Shown: in pieces, positions 35,885 to 46,338 of the stretch
How positions within the stretch are numbered: position 1 is the first letter of the stretch
Layout of the letters: each line of letters opens with the position of its first letter
Assembly: GCA_964644615.1 (NCBI GenBank)
Contig: CAZXXA010000011.1
Coordinates: 25,816-89,815 of the forward strand
Length of the DNA: 64,000 nucleotides
Direction of reading: 5' to 3'
From: an uncultured Methylovirgula sp.
Lineage (GTDB): Bacteria > Pseudomonadota > Alphaproteobacteria > Rhizobiales > Beijerinckiaceae
Program-made: the position numbers and the translations under genes
Notes under the pieces: generated by a model
Told to the model about the DNA's origin: nothing
Databases searched by the model: none
The model's input: only the letters and a program-made list of their open reading frames with translations

Positions 35885-36970
35885 ATGATCGGCGCAACCC
35901 TCGGCCGCTATCTCTCCTGGCGCTTCTTCTCGACCATCATGCTGGTCTTCCTGACCATCTGCGGCATGGTCTATGTCGTTGACTTTGTGGAACTCTTGCG
36001 TCGCGCAGCCAACCGTCCCGGGGTAACGGCCTCCTTCGTTGCCCTCCTCTCCTTCCTGCGCACCCCCTCGGTTGCCGAGCAGATTCTGCCGTTCTGCGTG
36101 CTGTTCGGCACGATGCAGGCCTTCATTGACCTCACCCGCCGTCTTGAGCTGATCGTGGCGCGCGCCGCCGGTGTCTCGGTCTGGCAGTTTCTCGTGCCGC
36201 CGATCGGCATCGCTCTGCTGATCGGAATCGGCTCGGTCGCTGTCCTGAATCCCATGTCGGCTCAGATGAAGCAGCGGGCCGACGTCTTCGAGAACGAGAT
36301 TTTCGGCACGAGCGGTCAGAGCGCCGGCGATTCCGCCCTCTGGATGCGCCAGACGAGCGTCGACGGCCAAGCCTATCTACACGCCGAGCAATCGGCGAAG
36401 GGTGGCGTCGAGCTCACCGGCGTCCACGCCTATCTCTATGATCCGAAGGGTGAATTCCTCGAAAAAGTGGAAGCCCAATCGGCCCGCCTCCTACCCGGCG
36501 TCTGGCAGCTCAAAAAGGCCGTTGTTGCGGCGCCGGGCGAACCGCCCGAAATGGTCGGCACCTTTCTGATCGCCAGTCAGGTGACGCCGAACAATCTCGC
36601 CGAGACCTTTTTGTCGGCTGAATCTGTACCTTTCTGGTCGCTGCAAAGGATGCGCCGCGAAGCCAGCGAAGCCGGCCTCGATTCGACGAGCTTTAACCTG
36701 CAATATCAGACACTTCTAGCGAGACCTCTGCTGCTCGTTGCGATGGTGCTTATCGCCGCGGCATTTTCATTAAGATTTTTCCGGTTTGGTGGGGTCGGCA
36801 AAATGGTCGGTAGCGGGCTGGGCGCGGGTTTTGCGCTTTACCTCCTGACCAAGATGATTGCCGATCTCGGCGCCTCGGGCCTTCTGAGTGTCCCCGTCGC
36901 GGCATGGTCGCCAGCCATCGTTGGCAGCATGCTGGGGGCGCTTGCGCTCCTGCAACGGGAGGACGGTTGA
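35885..36970 (+). CDS. lptG: LPS export ABC permease LptG
   Basis: TLGRYLS, ELIVARAAGVSVWQFL, FSLRFFRFGG; immediately upstream of lptD. Confidence 0.92.
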   Translation: MIGATLGRYLSWRFFSTIMLVFLTICGMVYVVDFVELLRRAANRPGVTASFVALLSFLRTPSVAEQILPFCVLFGTMQAFIDLTRRLELIVARAAGVSVWQFLVPPIGIALLIGIGSVAVLNPMSAQMKQRADVFENEIFGTSGQSAGDSALWMRQTSVDGQAYLHAEQSAKGGVELTGVHAYLYDPKGEFLEKVEAQSARLLPGVWQLKKAVVAAPGEPPEMVGTFLIASQVTPNNLAETFLSAESVPFWSLQRMRREASEAGLDSTSFNLQYQTLLARPLLLVAMVLIAAAFSLRFFRFGGVGKMVGSGLGAGFALYLLTKMIADLGASGLLSVPVAAWSPAIVGSMLGALALLQREDG

Positions 36971-39594
36971 TGGGGCTGCGTATTCGCCCCTCGAATCAAT
37001 ATGCCCCAGCGCGTTCGGCGTGCCACGGGCAGGCACGTGCTTTTGCCGGCCCGCACGGCGGCCTGCTGGCGCTCGCCTTCCTGTTCCTGACATTCGCCGG
37101 CTTCACCGCGGCCGCCTTCCCGGCGTTGGCTCAAAGCCAGACGACCGGCAAGCCGCCGCAAGGCCAGCCGAATGCGGATGCGCCCGGCGCCAAGCCGAAA
37201 ATGCTCATCCAGGCCGACGAGCTGGTCGACAACAAGGACAAGCACACGGTCACGGCGCAGGGCAATGCGCGAATCTACTACAAGAACCGCATCCTGCAGG
37301 CCGACAGGGTCATCTACGACCGCACGACAAACCGCGTTTATGCCGAGGGCCATGCGTCGCTCACCGAGCCCGACGGCACCGTCCTGCATTCGAATCGCTT
37401 CGACCTGACGCAGGATTTCGCCGACGGTTTCATCGAAAGCCTGCGCGCCGAAACCGCCGACAAGACCTATCTCAGCGCGCCGCGCGCCGAGCGCAGCGGC
37501 AATAATGTGACCGTCTACGAGAAGGGCACCTATACGGCCTGCGCCAGCTGCGCCGAGAATCCGGAAAAACCGCCGTTGTGGCGGGTGCGCGCGATGCGCA
37601 TCATCCACAATCAAGACGAGCAGATGGTGTATTACACCAATGCTTGGCTTGAATTCGTCGGCGTGCCGGTCGCCTATTTCCCGTTCCTGTCGTCGCCCGA
37701 CCCGACGGTGAAGCGCAAATCCGGTCTGCTGATCCCGTCGCTGATCCAGAACAGCTATTTGGGCTGGGGCTTCTCGCAACCGATCTTCTGGGCGCTGGCG
37801 CCAAACTACGACGTCACGCTGACGCCGACCTATTACACGCGCCAGGGCTTCTTCGGCGACGCCTATTTCCGCCATAGGCTCGCGTCGGGCTCCTACTACG
37901 TCCGTGCCAACGGCATCTTCCCGCAGAACCCGGCCGACTTCCCGGCAGCGCCCTATGGCGCCGGCGACCGCCATTTCCGCGGCGAGATCGAAAGCCGCGG
38001 CGACTTCCTGCTCGCACCGAATTGGAACGCCGGCTGGGCGTTCACGGTGATGACGGACAAGTGGTACTATTACGACTTCAAGGTGCCGCAGGCGAACACC
38101 TCCGGCTATTACATCTCCGATCTCACCTCGACCGCCTATCTCGTCGGCCAGAGCAGCCGCAGCTATTTCGATCTGCGCGGCTTCTATTTTGAGGGCCTGA
38201 CGAGCCACGACTTGTCGCAGCAGAACACGACGGCTGCGCCGGTGCTCGACTACAATCGGACGTTCGACATCGATCCCGCCCAAACGCACGGCGTCGGCGG
38301 CGAAGTCGCCTTGGATTTCAATCTCAGCAATGTCTCGGCCGCCGCGGCGAATTATCAGGCCGTCGGCCTGCATCAGTATGATGCGGCGTTCGGCCTCTAC
38401 GACATCTGCAAGACCTATACGCCGGGTACGACCTCGTCGAACTGCCTGCTGCGCGGCATCGGCGGCGATTATTCGCGCGTCACGGCCGATGTCTCCTGGA
38501 AGCGCAAATATGTCGATCCCATCGGCGAGGTCTGGACGCCCTTCGCCTTTGCGCGGGTCAATGGCCAGGCGCTCGATTTGAACACGACCAGCAACTTCAC
38601 GTTCTCATCTTCGAACGGCACGTCGACGATCAGCAATGCGTCGCAAACGAATTTCGGTGTGAACAGCGGCGCCTTCGGCTATTTCATGCCGGGCGTCGGC
38701 ATGGAATGGCGCTATCCCTTCATCACCCAGGCGCCGTTCGGCTCCTTCGAGGCGGAGCCGATCGCGCAGATCATCGCCCGGCCCAATTCTGTTCTGGGCA
38801 ATGTGTCGCCGGTCAACATCGACTCGCAAAGTCTGGTGTTCGACACGTCGAACCTCTTCGCCTGGGATAAATATTCAGGCTACGATCTTTACGAAACCGG
38901 CATCCGGGCGAACTACGGTGCGCAGGCCACCTACCATCTCAACAGCGGCGGCTATGTGAATGCCATGTTCGGCCAGTCGGCGCAGGTCGCAGGAACCAAT
39001 TCCTACACGACCTATAATGCCGCCAATATCGGCTTGAGCTCCGGCCTCGACACGCCCTGGTCGAATTATGTCGCGTCCTTCACTCTCGTGCCGAGCTCGC
39101 TGCTGAGCTTCACCACGCAAGAGCAATTCGACCAGCAGACCTTTGAAGTGAAGCGCGTCGACGTCAACACCAGCGTCAACCTCGGGGCTTGGACGGGCGG
39201 CATCCAATATGCGAATTACCAGGCGCAACCCGTGCTCGGCTATTTCGTCCGGCGCGAGGGTATGGCGATCAGCTCAAGCTATAAGATTACCGACAAATAT
39301 TTCGTGTCGGGCAACATCAGCTTCGATATGAGCCGGCAATTTTATCCGCCGCCCTACGTGATCAGTAACCCCGGGCCGTTCTCGATTTCGAGCTTCGGCC
39401 TGCTCGGCGGCTATAAGGACGACTGCACGACGTTCCAGCTGAGCTATACGAACAATTACGTCGACAATGGTACCGGCTCCTTCAACCACAATCAGACGAT
39501 TGCGGTGAGCCTGCAGTTGCGGACGCTGGGCGACACGGCCTTCTCGCACAATTTCGTCACGACTGCGAACGGCCAGTCGCTTGGCGGCGATTGA
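36970..39594 (+). CDS. lptD: LPS assembly protein LptD
   Basis: IQADELV, YTACASC..PPLW, KRKSGLL, YKDDCTTF; TGATG overlap with lptG. Confidence 0.94.
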   Translation: MGLRIRPSNQYAPARSACHGQARAFAGPHGGLLALAFLFLTFAGFTAAAFPALAQSQTTGKPPQGQPNADAPGAKPKMLIQADELVDNKDKHTVTAQGNARIYYKNRILQADRVIYDRTTNRVYAEGHASLTEPDGTVLHSNRFDLTQDFADGFIESLRAETADKTYLSAPRAERSGNNVTVYEKGTYTACASCAENPEKPPLWRVRAMRIIHNQDEQMVYYTNAWLEFVGVPVAYFPFLSSPDPTVKRKSGLLIPSLIQNSYLGWGFSQPIFWALAPNYDVTLTPTYYTRQGFFGDAYFRHRLASGSYYVRANGIFPQNPADFPAAPYGAGDRHFRGEIESRGDFLLAPNWNAGWAFTVMTDKWYYYDFKVPQANTSGYYISDLTSTAYLVGQSSRSYFDLRGFYFEGLTSHDLSQQNTTAAPVLDYNRTFDIDPAQTHGVGGEVALDFNLSNVSAAAANYQAVGLHQYDAAFGLYDICKTYTPGTTSSNCLLRGIGGDYSRVTADVSWKRKYVDPIGEVWTPFAFARVNGQALDLNTTSNFTFSSSNGTSTISNASQTNFGVNSGAFGYFMPGVGMEWRYPFITQAPFGSFEAEPIAQIIARPNSVLGNVSPVNIDSQSLVFDTSNLFAWDKYSGYDLYETGIRANYGAQATYHLNSGGYVNAMFGQSAQVAGTNSYTTYNAANIGLSSGLDTPWSNYVASFTLVPSSLLSFTTQEQFDQQTFEVKRVDVNTSVNLGAWTGGIQYANYQAQPVLGYFVRREGMAISSSYKITDKYFVSGNISFDMSRQFYPPPYVISNPGPFSISSFGLLGGYKDDCTTFQLSYTNNYVDNGTGSFNHNQTIAVSLQLRTLGDTAFSHNFVTTANGQSLGGD

Positions 39595-39737
39595 TCGGCG
39601 AAGATTAAATCGTGCAGCCGGGCGAAATTTGGAAAATTGCCGCCATTATTTGTGCATAGGGTGGCATAAGTGGCGCCAGGAAACGCGCTTTTTTTGAAGT
39701 TGAGAGGTTTGCAGATGATCTGGGAGGCACAGCCCCG

Positions 39738-40700
39738 ATGAGCCTTGCCGGCCCCATTTTTTCCGATGTCCGCGCCCGTCTGCGGCCGTGGGCAGCCAAG
39801 TCGGGTGTTTTTTTCGCTCTGACCGTTTGTCTCGGCGTCTTCGGCCCGCTGTCGCCTGCCAAAGCGCAGGCGATCGTTGAAACGGTCAACGGCCGTCCGA
39901 TCACCGATGTCGATATCGAACAGAGGATGAAGCTCCTGCGGGTTCTGCATGAGCCTGCGAGCCGTGAAGCGGCGATCTCGAGCCTCGTCGACGATCAGCT
40001 GAGACTTCAGGAAAGCGCCATCTATCAGATCAAGCCGACCGACCAGCAGATTGGCGAAGACATCTCCCGCACCGCGCAGAAGATGAAAATCCAGCCGCAG
40101 GTTCTCTTTTCCGAACTGCAGCGCGCCGGCATTTCCGAACTGCACATCAAAGAGCATTTCGCGGCCATGGTCGGCTTTATGGGCCTGACCCAGGCTTTCC
40201 ACAAAGGCATTGAAGCAAGCGAATCCCAGATCCGCGCGGAGATGGCCAGGGAAGGCGGCAAGGCGGCCGTCACCGAATATCATCTGCGTCAGGTCGTCCT
40301 CATTATCCCGGCCTCGCAAAACAAAAACCTCGGAGTGATCAAGGGCCGCATGGAAGCTGCCCAGCAGCTGCGGCAGCGCTTTACCGATTGCGCCTCGGGA
40401 TTGCCGCTGGCACGCGGCATGGACAATGCTGCAGTTAAGGAAGAGGTCGTCAGCAGTTCGACCCGGCTCACGCCGCAGTTGCGACAGCTCTTCGACAAGA
40501 CGGAGGCCGGCCATCTCACGCCGCCGACCCGCACCGGCGAAGGCATCGAAATGGTCGCGGTCTGCAGCAAGTCCGCATCGAACGACGATACGGCCCTGCG
40601 CACGCAAATTTCCGAGCGTCTCCTCGATACCGAGCTTCAGCAAGACGCTTCAAAACGTCTGAGAGAACTGCGCGCACGTGCCGTCATCGTCAAACCATAG
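39738..40700 (+). CDS. surA: SurA-like periplasmic chaperone
   Basis: [23 protein letters not shown]; position between lptD and pdxA. Confidence 0.8.
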   Translation: MSLAGPIFSDVRARLRPWAAKSGVFFALTVCLGVFGPLSPAKAQAIVETVNGRPITDVDIEQRMKLLRVLHEPASREAAISSLVDDQLRLQESAIYQIKPTDQQIGEDISRTAQKMKIQPQVLFSELQRAGISELHIKEHFAAMVGFMGLTQAFHKGIEASESQIRAEMAREGGKAAVTEYHLRQVVLIIPASQNKNLGVIKGRMEAAQQLRQRFTDCASGLPLARGMDNAAVKEEVVSSSTRLTPQLRQLFDKTEAGHLTPPTRTGEGIEMVAVCSKSASNDDTALRTQISERLLDTELQQDASKRLRELRARAVIVKP

Positions 40701-41739
40701 GACTGCGCCCATCAAATTGCCTCTGGCCGTCACGCGGGGCGATCCCTCGGGCATCGGCCAAGAGATCGCCTTGAAAGCCTGGCTGGCGTTGCACGATGAT
40801 CCGGCGGCGCCGGCCTTTTTCGTCATCGGCAATCCCGACGATCTCTCCGCGCTCGCGGCCCGTTTTGCTCTGCCCGTTCCGGTCATTGCCTGTTCGGCAA
40901 AGGATGCGCCGGCACATTTTGCAAAGGCGCTGCCCGTCGTCTGCCTGCCCGACCGCATGCACGGCAAGCTCGGCGAACCGGCGCTCGATGATGCGGCGCA
41001 AACCGTCCGCGCAATTGAGACGGCTGCCGATCTCATCCGCGCTGGCGAAGCCGGCGGCATGGTCACCAATCCGATTGCCAAGGAGGTCCTGCAACGCGCC
41101 GGTTTTCCGCATCCGGGCCACACGGAATTTCTCGGCGAACTCGCGCAACGCGCGTTTGACGCGCAGAATGTTCGGCCGGTCATGCTCTTATGGTCGGAAA
41201 CGCTCGCCGTCGTTCCGGCGACGATCCACGTGCCGCTCACGCAAGTGCCGAAGCTTTTGACGCGCGAGCTGCTGATCGACACCGGCAGGATCGTTGCGCA
41301 TGATTTTGCGGCGCGCTTCGGGCTAGAATCGCCGCGTCTTGCCTTCACTGGCCTCAACCCGCATGCCGGCGAAAGCGGCCATATGGGCCGAGAAGAGATC
41401 GACATCATCGCGCCGGCCATCGCCGAACTGCGCAAGCAGGGCATCGATGCGCGCGGTCCCTTCCCGGCCGATACTTTGTTCCATCAGGCGGCACGGCAGA
41501 ACTACGATGTCGTCATCGGCATGTACCACGACCAAGCGCTGATCCCGATCAAGACGCTCGCCTTCGACAGCGGCGTGAATGTGACGCTGGGCCTGCCCTT
41601 CGTGCGCACCTCGCCTGACCACGGAACCGCCTTCGACATCGCCCCAGACGGCAAGGCCGATCCGACTAGCCTCATCGCGGCGTTGCATCTCGGCCGACGA
41701 CTGGTAGAGGCGGAGGCGGCGCAAAGCCGGGCAGCGTGA
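40678..41739 (+). CDS. pdxA: 4-hydroxythreonine-4-phosphate dehydrogenase
   Basis: [43 protein letters not shown]. Confidence 0.96.
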   Translation: MPSSSNHRTAPIKLPLAVTRGDPSGIGQEIALKAWLALHDDPAAPAFFVIGNPDDLSALAARFALPVPVIACSAKDAPAHFAKALPVVCLPDRMHGKLGEPALDDAAQTVRAIETAADLIRAGEAGGMVTNPIAKEVLQRAGFPHPGHTEFLGELAQRAFDAQNVRPVMLLWSETLAVVPATIHVPLTQVPKLLTRELLIDTGRIVAHDFAARFGLESPRLAFTGLNPHAGESGHMGREEIDIIAPAIAELRKQGIDARGPFPADTLFHQAARQNYDVVIGMYHDQALIPIKTLAFDSGVNVTLGLPFVRTSPDHGTAFDIAPDGKADPTSLIAALHLGRRLVEAEAAQSRAA

Positions 41740-42590
41740 AGGACGCGCTGCCACCGCTCCGCGAAGTCGTCGCCGCGCATGGCCTCGCAGCGAAGAAATC
41801 GCTCGGCCAGAATTTCCTCTTCGATCTCAATCTCACCGGAAAGATCGCCCGTGCCGCCGGCCCGCTCGATGGCACGACCGTCGTCGAAGTCGGCCCCGGC
41901 CCCGGCGGTTTGACGCGTGCGCTGCTCGCCGAAGGCGCCGCACAGGTGATTGCGGTCGAACGCGACGCGCGCTGCATCGCCGCGCTGCATGAGATCGAAG
42001 CGCATTATCCCGGCAGGCTGACCATCGTCGAAGGCGACGCGCTCAATGTCGATTTCGCCGCGCTCGTTCACGGCATGCAACCGGCGCGGATCTGCGCCAA
42101 TCTGCCTTACAACATCGCCACGGTGCTTCTGACCAATTGGCTCGAAAGCGAGCCCTGGCCGCCCTGGTTCAACCGGCTCGTGCTGATGTTCCAGAAGGAG
42201 GTGGCGCAGCGCATTGTCGCAACTCCGAAGGAACGCGCCGACTATGGCCGTCTCGCCGTGCTGGCCAATTGGCGCTGCACGACGCGCAGTCTCTTCGACG
42301 TGCCCCCTTCCGCCTTCACGCCGCCGCCGAAGGTGGTGTCATCGGTCGTGGAGCTCGTTCCGCGCGCAACGCCCCTGCCCTGCGACGTGAAAATTCTGTC
42401 CGAGGTCACGCAAGCCGCCTTCGGGCAAAGACGCAAAATGCTGCGGCAGAGTCTGAAGAGCCTGGGCGTCGAGCCGAACCCTCTGCTCGAAAAGACCGGA
42501 ATCGATCCGACAAAGCGCGCGGAAGAGATCGATGTTGCTGAATTCGTGGCGCTGGCGAACGCGCTTGCTGCCGCGCGCAGATCGGGCTGA
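41736..42590 (+). CDS. rsmA: 16S rRNA dimethyladenosine transferase
   Basis: [25 protein letters not shown]. Confidence 0.97.
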   Translation: MKDALPPLREVVAAHGLAAKKSLGQNFLFDLNLTGKIARAAGPLDGTTVVEVGPGPGGLTRALLAEGAAQVIAVERDARCIAALHEIEAHYPGRLTIVEGDALNVDFAALVHGMQPARICANLPYNIATVLLTNWLESEPWPPWFNRLVLMFQKEVAQRIVATPKERADYGRLAVLANWRCTTRSLFDVPPSAFTPPPKVVSSVVELVPRATPLPCDVKILSEVTQAAFGQRRKMLRQSLKSLGVEPNPLLEKTGIDPTKRAEEIDVAEFVALANALAAARRSG

Positions 42591-42594
42591 AGCT

Positions 42595-43281
42595 TCAGTC
42601 TTGTTTCAAAAGGTCGGCCACGAAAGCGCCGATGCCCTCCCTACGGCGCGCGACCTTGTCGCGTTCCGCCCTCACAACGGCGAGCAATTCGTCGAAAGTC
42701 TTCTGCAGATCGTCGTTGATGAGCACGTAATCATAGAGCTCCCAGCGCGTGATCTCATTCTTCGCATTGGCGAGCCGCTTGTCGATTGTCTCGCGGCTGT
42801 CCTCGGCGCGCCGTTCGAGGCGCGCTTTGAGCTCCTGCATCGACGGCGGCAGAATGAAAATCGTCACGACATCATCGCCGGCTTTGGCTTTCACCTGCTG
42901 CGTGCCCTGATAATCAATGTCGAAGAGGACGTCGCGGCCTTTGGCCAGAACCTGTTCGACCGGCTCGCGCGGCGTGCCGTAGAAATTGCCGTGCACCTCC
43001 GCCCATTCGAGCAATTCGCCCGAATCGCGCATCGCGTCGAACTGTTTCTTGGTGATGAAGGAATAATGGATGCCGTCGACTTCGCTCGAACGGCGCGGCC
43101 GCGTCGTGACCGAGATCGACAGAGTGAGATCGAGCGTCTTGGTCTGCAGCAGCATGCGGGTGAGCGTTGTCTTGCCGGCGCCCGACGGCGACGACAGGAT
43201 CAGCATCAACCCGCGCCGCGGCAGCGCGTCGGCAGTGGAAACGGGTTTGGCGGACGGAACGGCCTGATCTCCCGCGGGCAT
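42595..43281 (-). CDS. gmk: Guanylate kinase
   Basis: SSPSGAGKTT, SVTTRPRR, EVHGNFYGT. Confidence 0.96.
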   Translation of the reverse strand: MPAGDQAVPSAKPVSTADALPRRGLMLILSSPSGAGKTTLTRMLLQTKTLDLTLSISVTTRPRRSSEVDGIHYSFITKKQFDAMRDSGELLEWAEVHGNFYGTPREPVEQVLAKGRDVLFDIDYQGTQQVKAKAGDDVVTIFILPPSMQELKARLERRAEDSRETIDKRLANAKNEITRWELYDYVLINDDLQKTFDELLAVVRAERDKVARRREGIGAFVADLLKQD

Positions 43282-43285
43282 CAGC

Positions 43286-44170
43286 TCACTCGATATTCTG
43301 GACCTGCTCGCGGAACTGCTCGATTTCGACGCGCAATTCAAGTCCGATCGCAGTGAGACTCGCATCATTCGACTTGGCGCAGAGCGTATTGGCCTCGCGG
43401 CCGAGTTCTTGGGCGAGGAAATCGAGGCGGCGGCCAATCGGGCCGCCCACCGCAAGCAGCTCGCCTGCCGCCGCTATATGGGCGGACAGCCGGTCCAGCT
43501 CCTCGCGGACATCGGCTTTGGCGGCGAGCAGCAGTGCCTCCTGATGCAGCCGATTCGGGTCCAGATGCGCTTGGCCTGCAAGAAGCGCGATCGTTTCGGC
43601 GAGCCTTGCACGGACAGCTTCGGGCTTGCGCGCGGGACATTCATCCGCCGCCTTCTGCAAAGCGGCAAGCCGGGTAAGCCGCTGCTTAAGGACCTGGCCC
43701 AGCGCCTCACCCTCGCCTTCGCGCATGGCAACGAGCGCGGCGAGCGCTTCATCGAGGCTCGCCAGCGCGGCGGCCTGGACCTTCGCGAGTTCGGCATCGT
43801 CGTCGGCGCGGTCGCGGATTTCGACGACGCCGCGAATGCCGAGCAGGCCGTCGAGCGAAGCTGAGCGCAGCTTTTCGCCGAGCGGCATCTGCGTCAGCGC
43901 ATCGGTCAGCTGCTGTAACAGATCGGTATTGATGCGGACCTCGGGGACCGCCGCCTCACGCTGGACGGTCAGCGTCGCATAGCAGGTGCCGCGGGTCAGG
44001 ACCTTCGCCAAACGGGCACGCGCATCGGCTTCGATCGCATCAAAGCCCGGTGCGACACGCAGCCGGAGATCGAGGCCTTTGGCATTGACGGATTTCAATT
44101 CCCAGGCCCAGCGGTAGCTCGCCGCCGCGCCGGCGACACGGGCAAAGCCGGTCATACTGGCCAGTGTCAT
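43286..44170 (-). CDS. YicC/YloC family endoribonuclease
   Basis: SMTGFAR, ELKSVN, DVREELDRL, GRRLDFLAQELGREANT, EQVQNIE. Confidence 0.95.
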   Translation of the reverse strand: MTLASMTGFARVAGAAASYRWAWELKSVNAKGLDLRLRVAPGFDAIEADARARLAKVLTRGTCYATLTVQREAAVPEVRINTDLLQQLTDALTQMPLGEKLRSASLDGLLGIRGVVEIRDRADDDAELAKVQAAALASLDEALAALVAMREGEGEALGQVLKQRLTRLAALQKAADECPARKPEAVRARLAETIALLAGQAHLDPNRLHQEALLLAAKADVREELDRLSAHIAAAGELLAVGGPIGRRLDFLAQELGREANTLCAKSNDASLTAIGLELRVEIEQFREQVQNIE

Positions 44171-44205
44171 TGAAACCTTTGTCTGCAAACCGTGTGTGCC
44201 GGCGC

Positions 44206-46104
44206 CTATTGCAGCGTCGTTACCGTCGGCACTGTCTTGGCGTAGTTCAAATCATACGTCTTGTTCTTAAGCGGGTCGAGCGGCGTCCCTTCGGACGCAT
44301 CGATGATCGACGGATGTCCGTTCTTGGCGGCGGCGATTTGTTTGGGATCGACCGGGGTCTGCGGCTGCGGGGTGAGTCCTGTCGGCAAGGGCTGGCTGGG
44401 ATCGAAGGATTTCGGCGGCGCGCTCTGGGCAATGACGACCGGCGCGACGGGAACGGTCGCCGATGCTGCAGCTGTGGGCGCGGGAGCTGCCGGCGCAGGA
44501 GCCGCAGATGCGGCGTTCGCGGCCGTGGCCGTGTTTGTTGCCGGCGCGGACGGGCCGGCAGCCGCGGCCGAATTGTCGACGGGTCCGTCGAGCAAGGCGG
44601 CTGCCTCCCGGCCATCCGGAACGCCGCGGATCGAAAGCTGGTCGATACCGGGGCTCAGCGCGAAGGAAGCTGTTTTGCTGGATGCGGGTTTCGCGACAGG
44701 CCCCACTTCAAGGGGGGGCCGTTTCGGCGCGGCAGCGGTCGCGGTGGCCAGCTCAGGCGGCATGGAGGGCCCGGTCTTGGCCATGGCCGGGCCGGCAAAG
44801 GCGAGATCAAGCGACGGCGCCGCCCCCTGTGCCAACGGTAAAAGCGACCTCGGCAAAGCGCCGTAGACATCGCCGTCGCCCGCATCGCCGCGCTGATTGG
44901 AGCGGCCTGCCGGTGCCGGCTGCGGCGCGACGTGGTCGACATCGCCGCCGCCGTTTGCCTTGTCCTTGGCTTCCTTCTGGATCTGCCGCCAGTGCGCCAC
45001 ATTGCGGTTGTGCTGTTCCAGCGTGGCCGAAAACACATGGCCGCCGGTGCCGTCGGCGACGAAATAGAGATCCGAGGTCTGCATCGGATTGGCGACCGCC
45101 TCAAGCGCGGCGCGGCCGGGATTGGTGATCGGCCCCGGTGGCAGGCCTTCGATGACATAAGTGTTATAGGGCGTCGGCCGTTCGACTTCGGCATGCTGGA
45201 TCGGCCGCCCGAGCGTGCCCTTCCCGCCGACGAGGCCATAGACGATCGTCGGATCGGACTGCAGACGCATGTGCTTCATGAGACGGTTGAGGAAGACGGC
45301 AGCGACATGCGGCCGCTCCTCCGGCTTGCCGGTCTCCTTCTCGACGATCGAGGCGAGCGTCACGAGCTCATAGGGCGAGCGCAAGATCGGGCTGGGCGTA
45401 CGATGTGCCCAGATCGTCTCGACGAGCTTCTTCTGGTCTTCCTCCATACGCCCGATGAGCGTCGCCCGCGACATGCCGCGCGGAACCTTATAGGTCTCGG
45501 GCAGCAGGCTGCCTTCTTTCGGAATTTCGCGGATATCGCCAAGCAGAAGATCGTTGTGACGCAGCCGCTCGACAATCTGTTCGCTCGTCAGGCCCTCTGG
45601 AATGGTGACCGAATGGAGCACCTGCCGGCCGCTGACCAGAACGTCGATCACGTCGTGGATGCTGGCCTGCTGCTTGAAGAGATATTCGCCAGCCTTAATC
45701 TTCGAGCGCTTGCCGCTCGCCATGACGGCGAAATGGAAGATCAGTGGATTGTCGATGACGCTCTCCGCCTCGAGCTGCGCGACGATATCGCCGAAGTCGG
45801 TGCCAGGCGCGATGTAGACGACCTTATCGGCCGTCAGAGGTCCCGGCTCGTGCAGGCGTTGCGCGCCCCAGATCACGGCGAACATGCCGGCAATCGAGAT
45901 CAGCAGCAGGAAAGACAAAAAACCCGACATCGCCGAAAGCCGCGGCCGGCGCTTGCGCGGCGGCGGCGGCGGCGGCAATTCCGGCTGCAGGGCCTCGTTC
46001 GGGCTTTGGAGGGTCATGCGACGGCTGAAAAAACGGGCTGGCCGCGCCTCTTCGGCGGGCTCATAGGCCGAGTTCATCTCGTCGTCTGGAGCCTTGCTCC
46101 CCAT
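44206..46104 (-). CDS. mltG: Endolytic transglycosylase MltG with Ala/Pro-rich C-terminal extension
   Basis: TIPEG, LASIVEKET, LQSDPTIVYG, LYFVADGTGGHVF. Confidence 0.94.
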   Translation of the reverse strand: MGSKAPDDEMNSAYEPAEEARPARFFSRRMTLQSPNEALQPELPPPPPPRKRRPRLSAMSGFLSFLLLISIAGMFAVIWGAQRLHEPGPLTADKVVYIAPGTDFGDIVAQLEAESVIDNPLIFHFAVMASGKRSKIKAGEYLFKQQASIHDVIDVLVSGRQVLHSVTIPEGLTSEQIVERLRHNDLLLGDIREIPKEGSLLPETYKVPRGMSRATLIGRMEEDQKKLVETIWAHRTPSPILRSPYELVTLASIVEKETGKPEERPHVAAVFLNRLMKHMRLQSDPTIVYGLVGGKGTLGRPIQHAEVERPTPYNTYVIEGLPPGPITNPGRAALEAVANPMQTSDLYFVADGTGGHVFSATLEQHNRNVAHWRQIQKEAKDKANGGGDVDHVAPQPAPAGRSNQRGDAGDGDVYGALPRSLLPLAQGAAPSLDLAFAGPAMAKTGPSMPPELATATAAAPKRPPLEVGPVAKPASSKTASFALSPGIDQLSIRGVPDGREAAALLDGPVDNSAAAAGPSAPATNTATAANAASAAPAPAAPAPTAAASATVPVAPVVIAQSAPPKSFDPSQPLPTGLTPQPQTPVDPKQIAAAKNGHPSIIDASEGTPLDPLKNKTYDLNYAKTVPTVTTLQ

Positions 46105-46338
46105 GAACTCATACCCACCCGTCAGAGCCAGAGCATCTTCTTGCGGTCAGAAAAGCGACGGGGCACGGAAACCGCATCCCGACAACGGATTTCAAAGCTG
46201 CATCAAAGATGTGGCAGTAATGAGAAAGCTCCCAGAGCGGTTAAACTTACATCTTAAACTTGGTCGGAATCAAGCGCATGGCCTGTGTAGGGCCATGCGC
46301 TGAACGCACGATCATGCGATCGATTTTATTCGGGCGGT

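Noticed and set aside
36838-38373. 511-aa antisense ORF over lptD, and similar long shadow ORFs (5019-6275, 19204-20355, 33413-34735, 39492-40643, 44932-46257, 46432-47676, 55081-56268)
   Set aside because: Each lies opposite a well-supported gene, lacks family motifs and is expected from high-GC codon bias.
44206-44900. Long Ala/Pro extension of MltG ending DASEGTPLDPLKNKTYDLN
   Set aside because: I recall this extension as a common feature of MltG in related Rhizobiales, so it is not novel.
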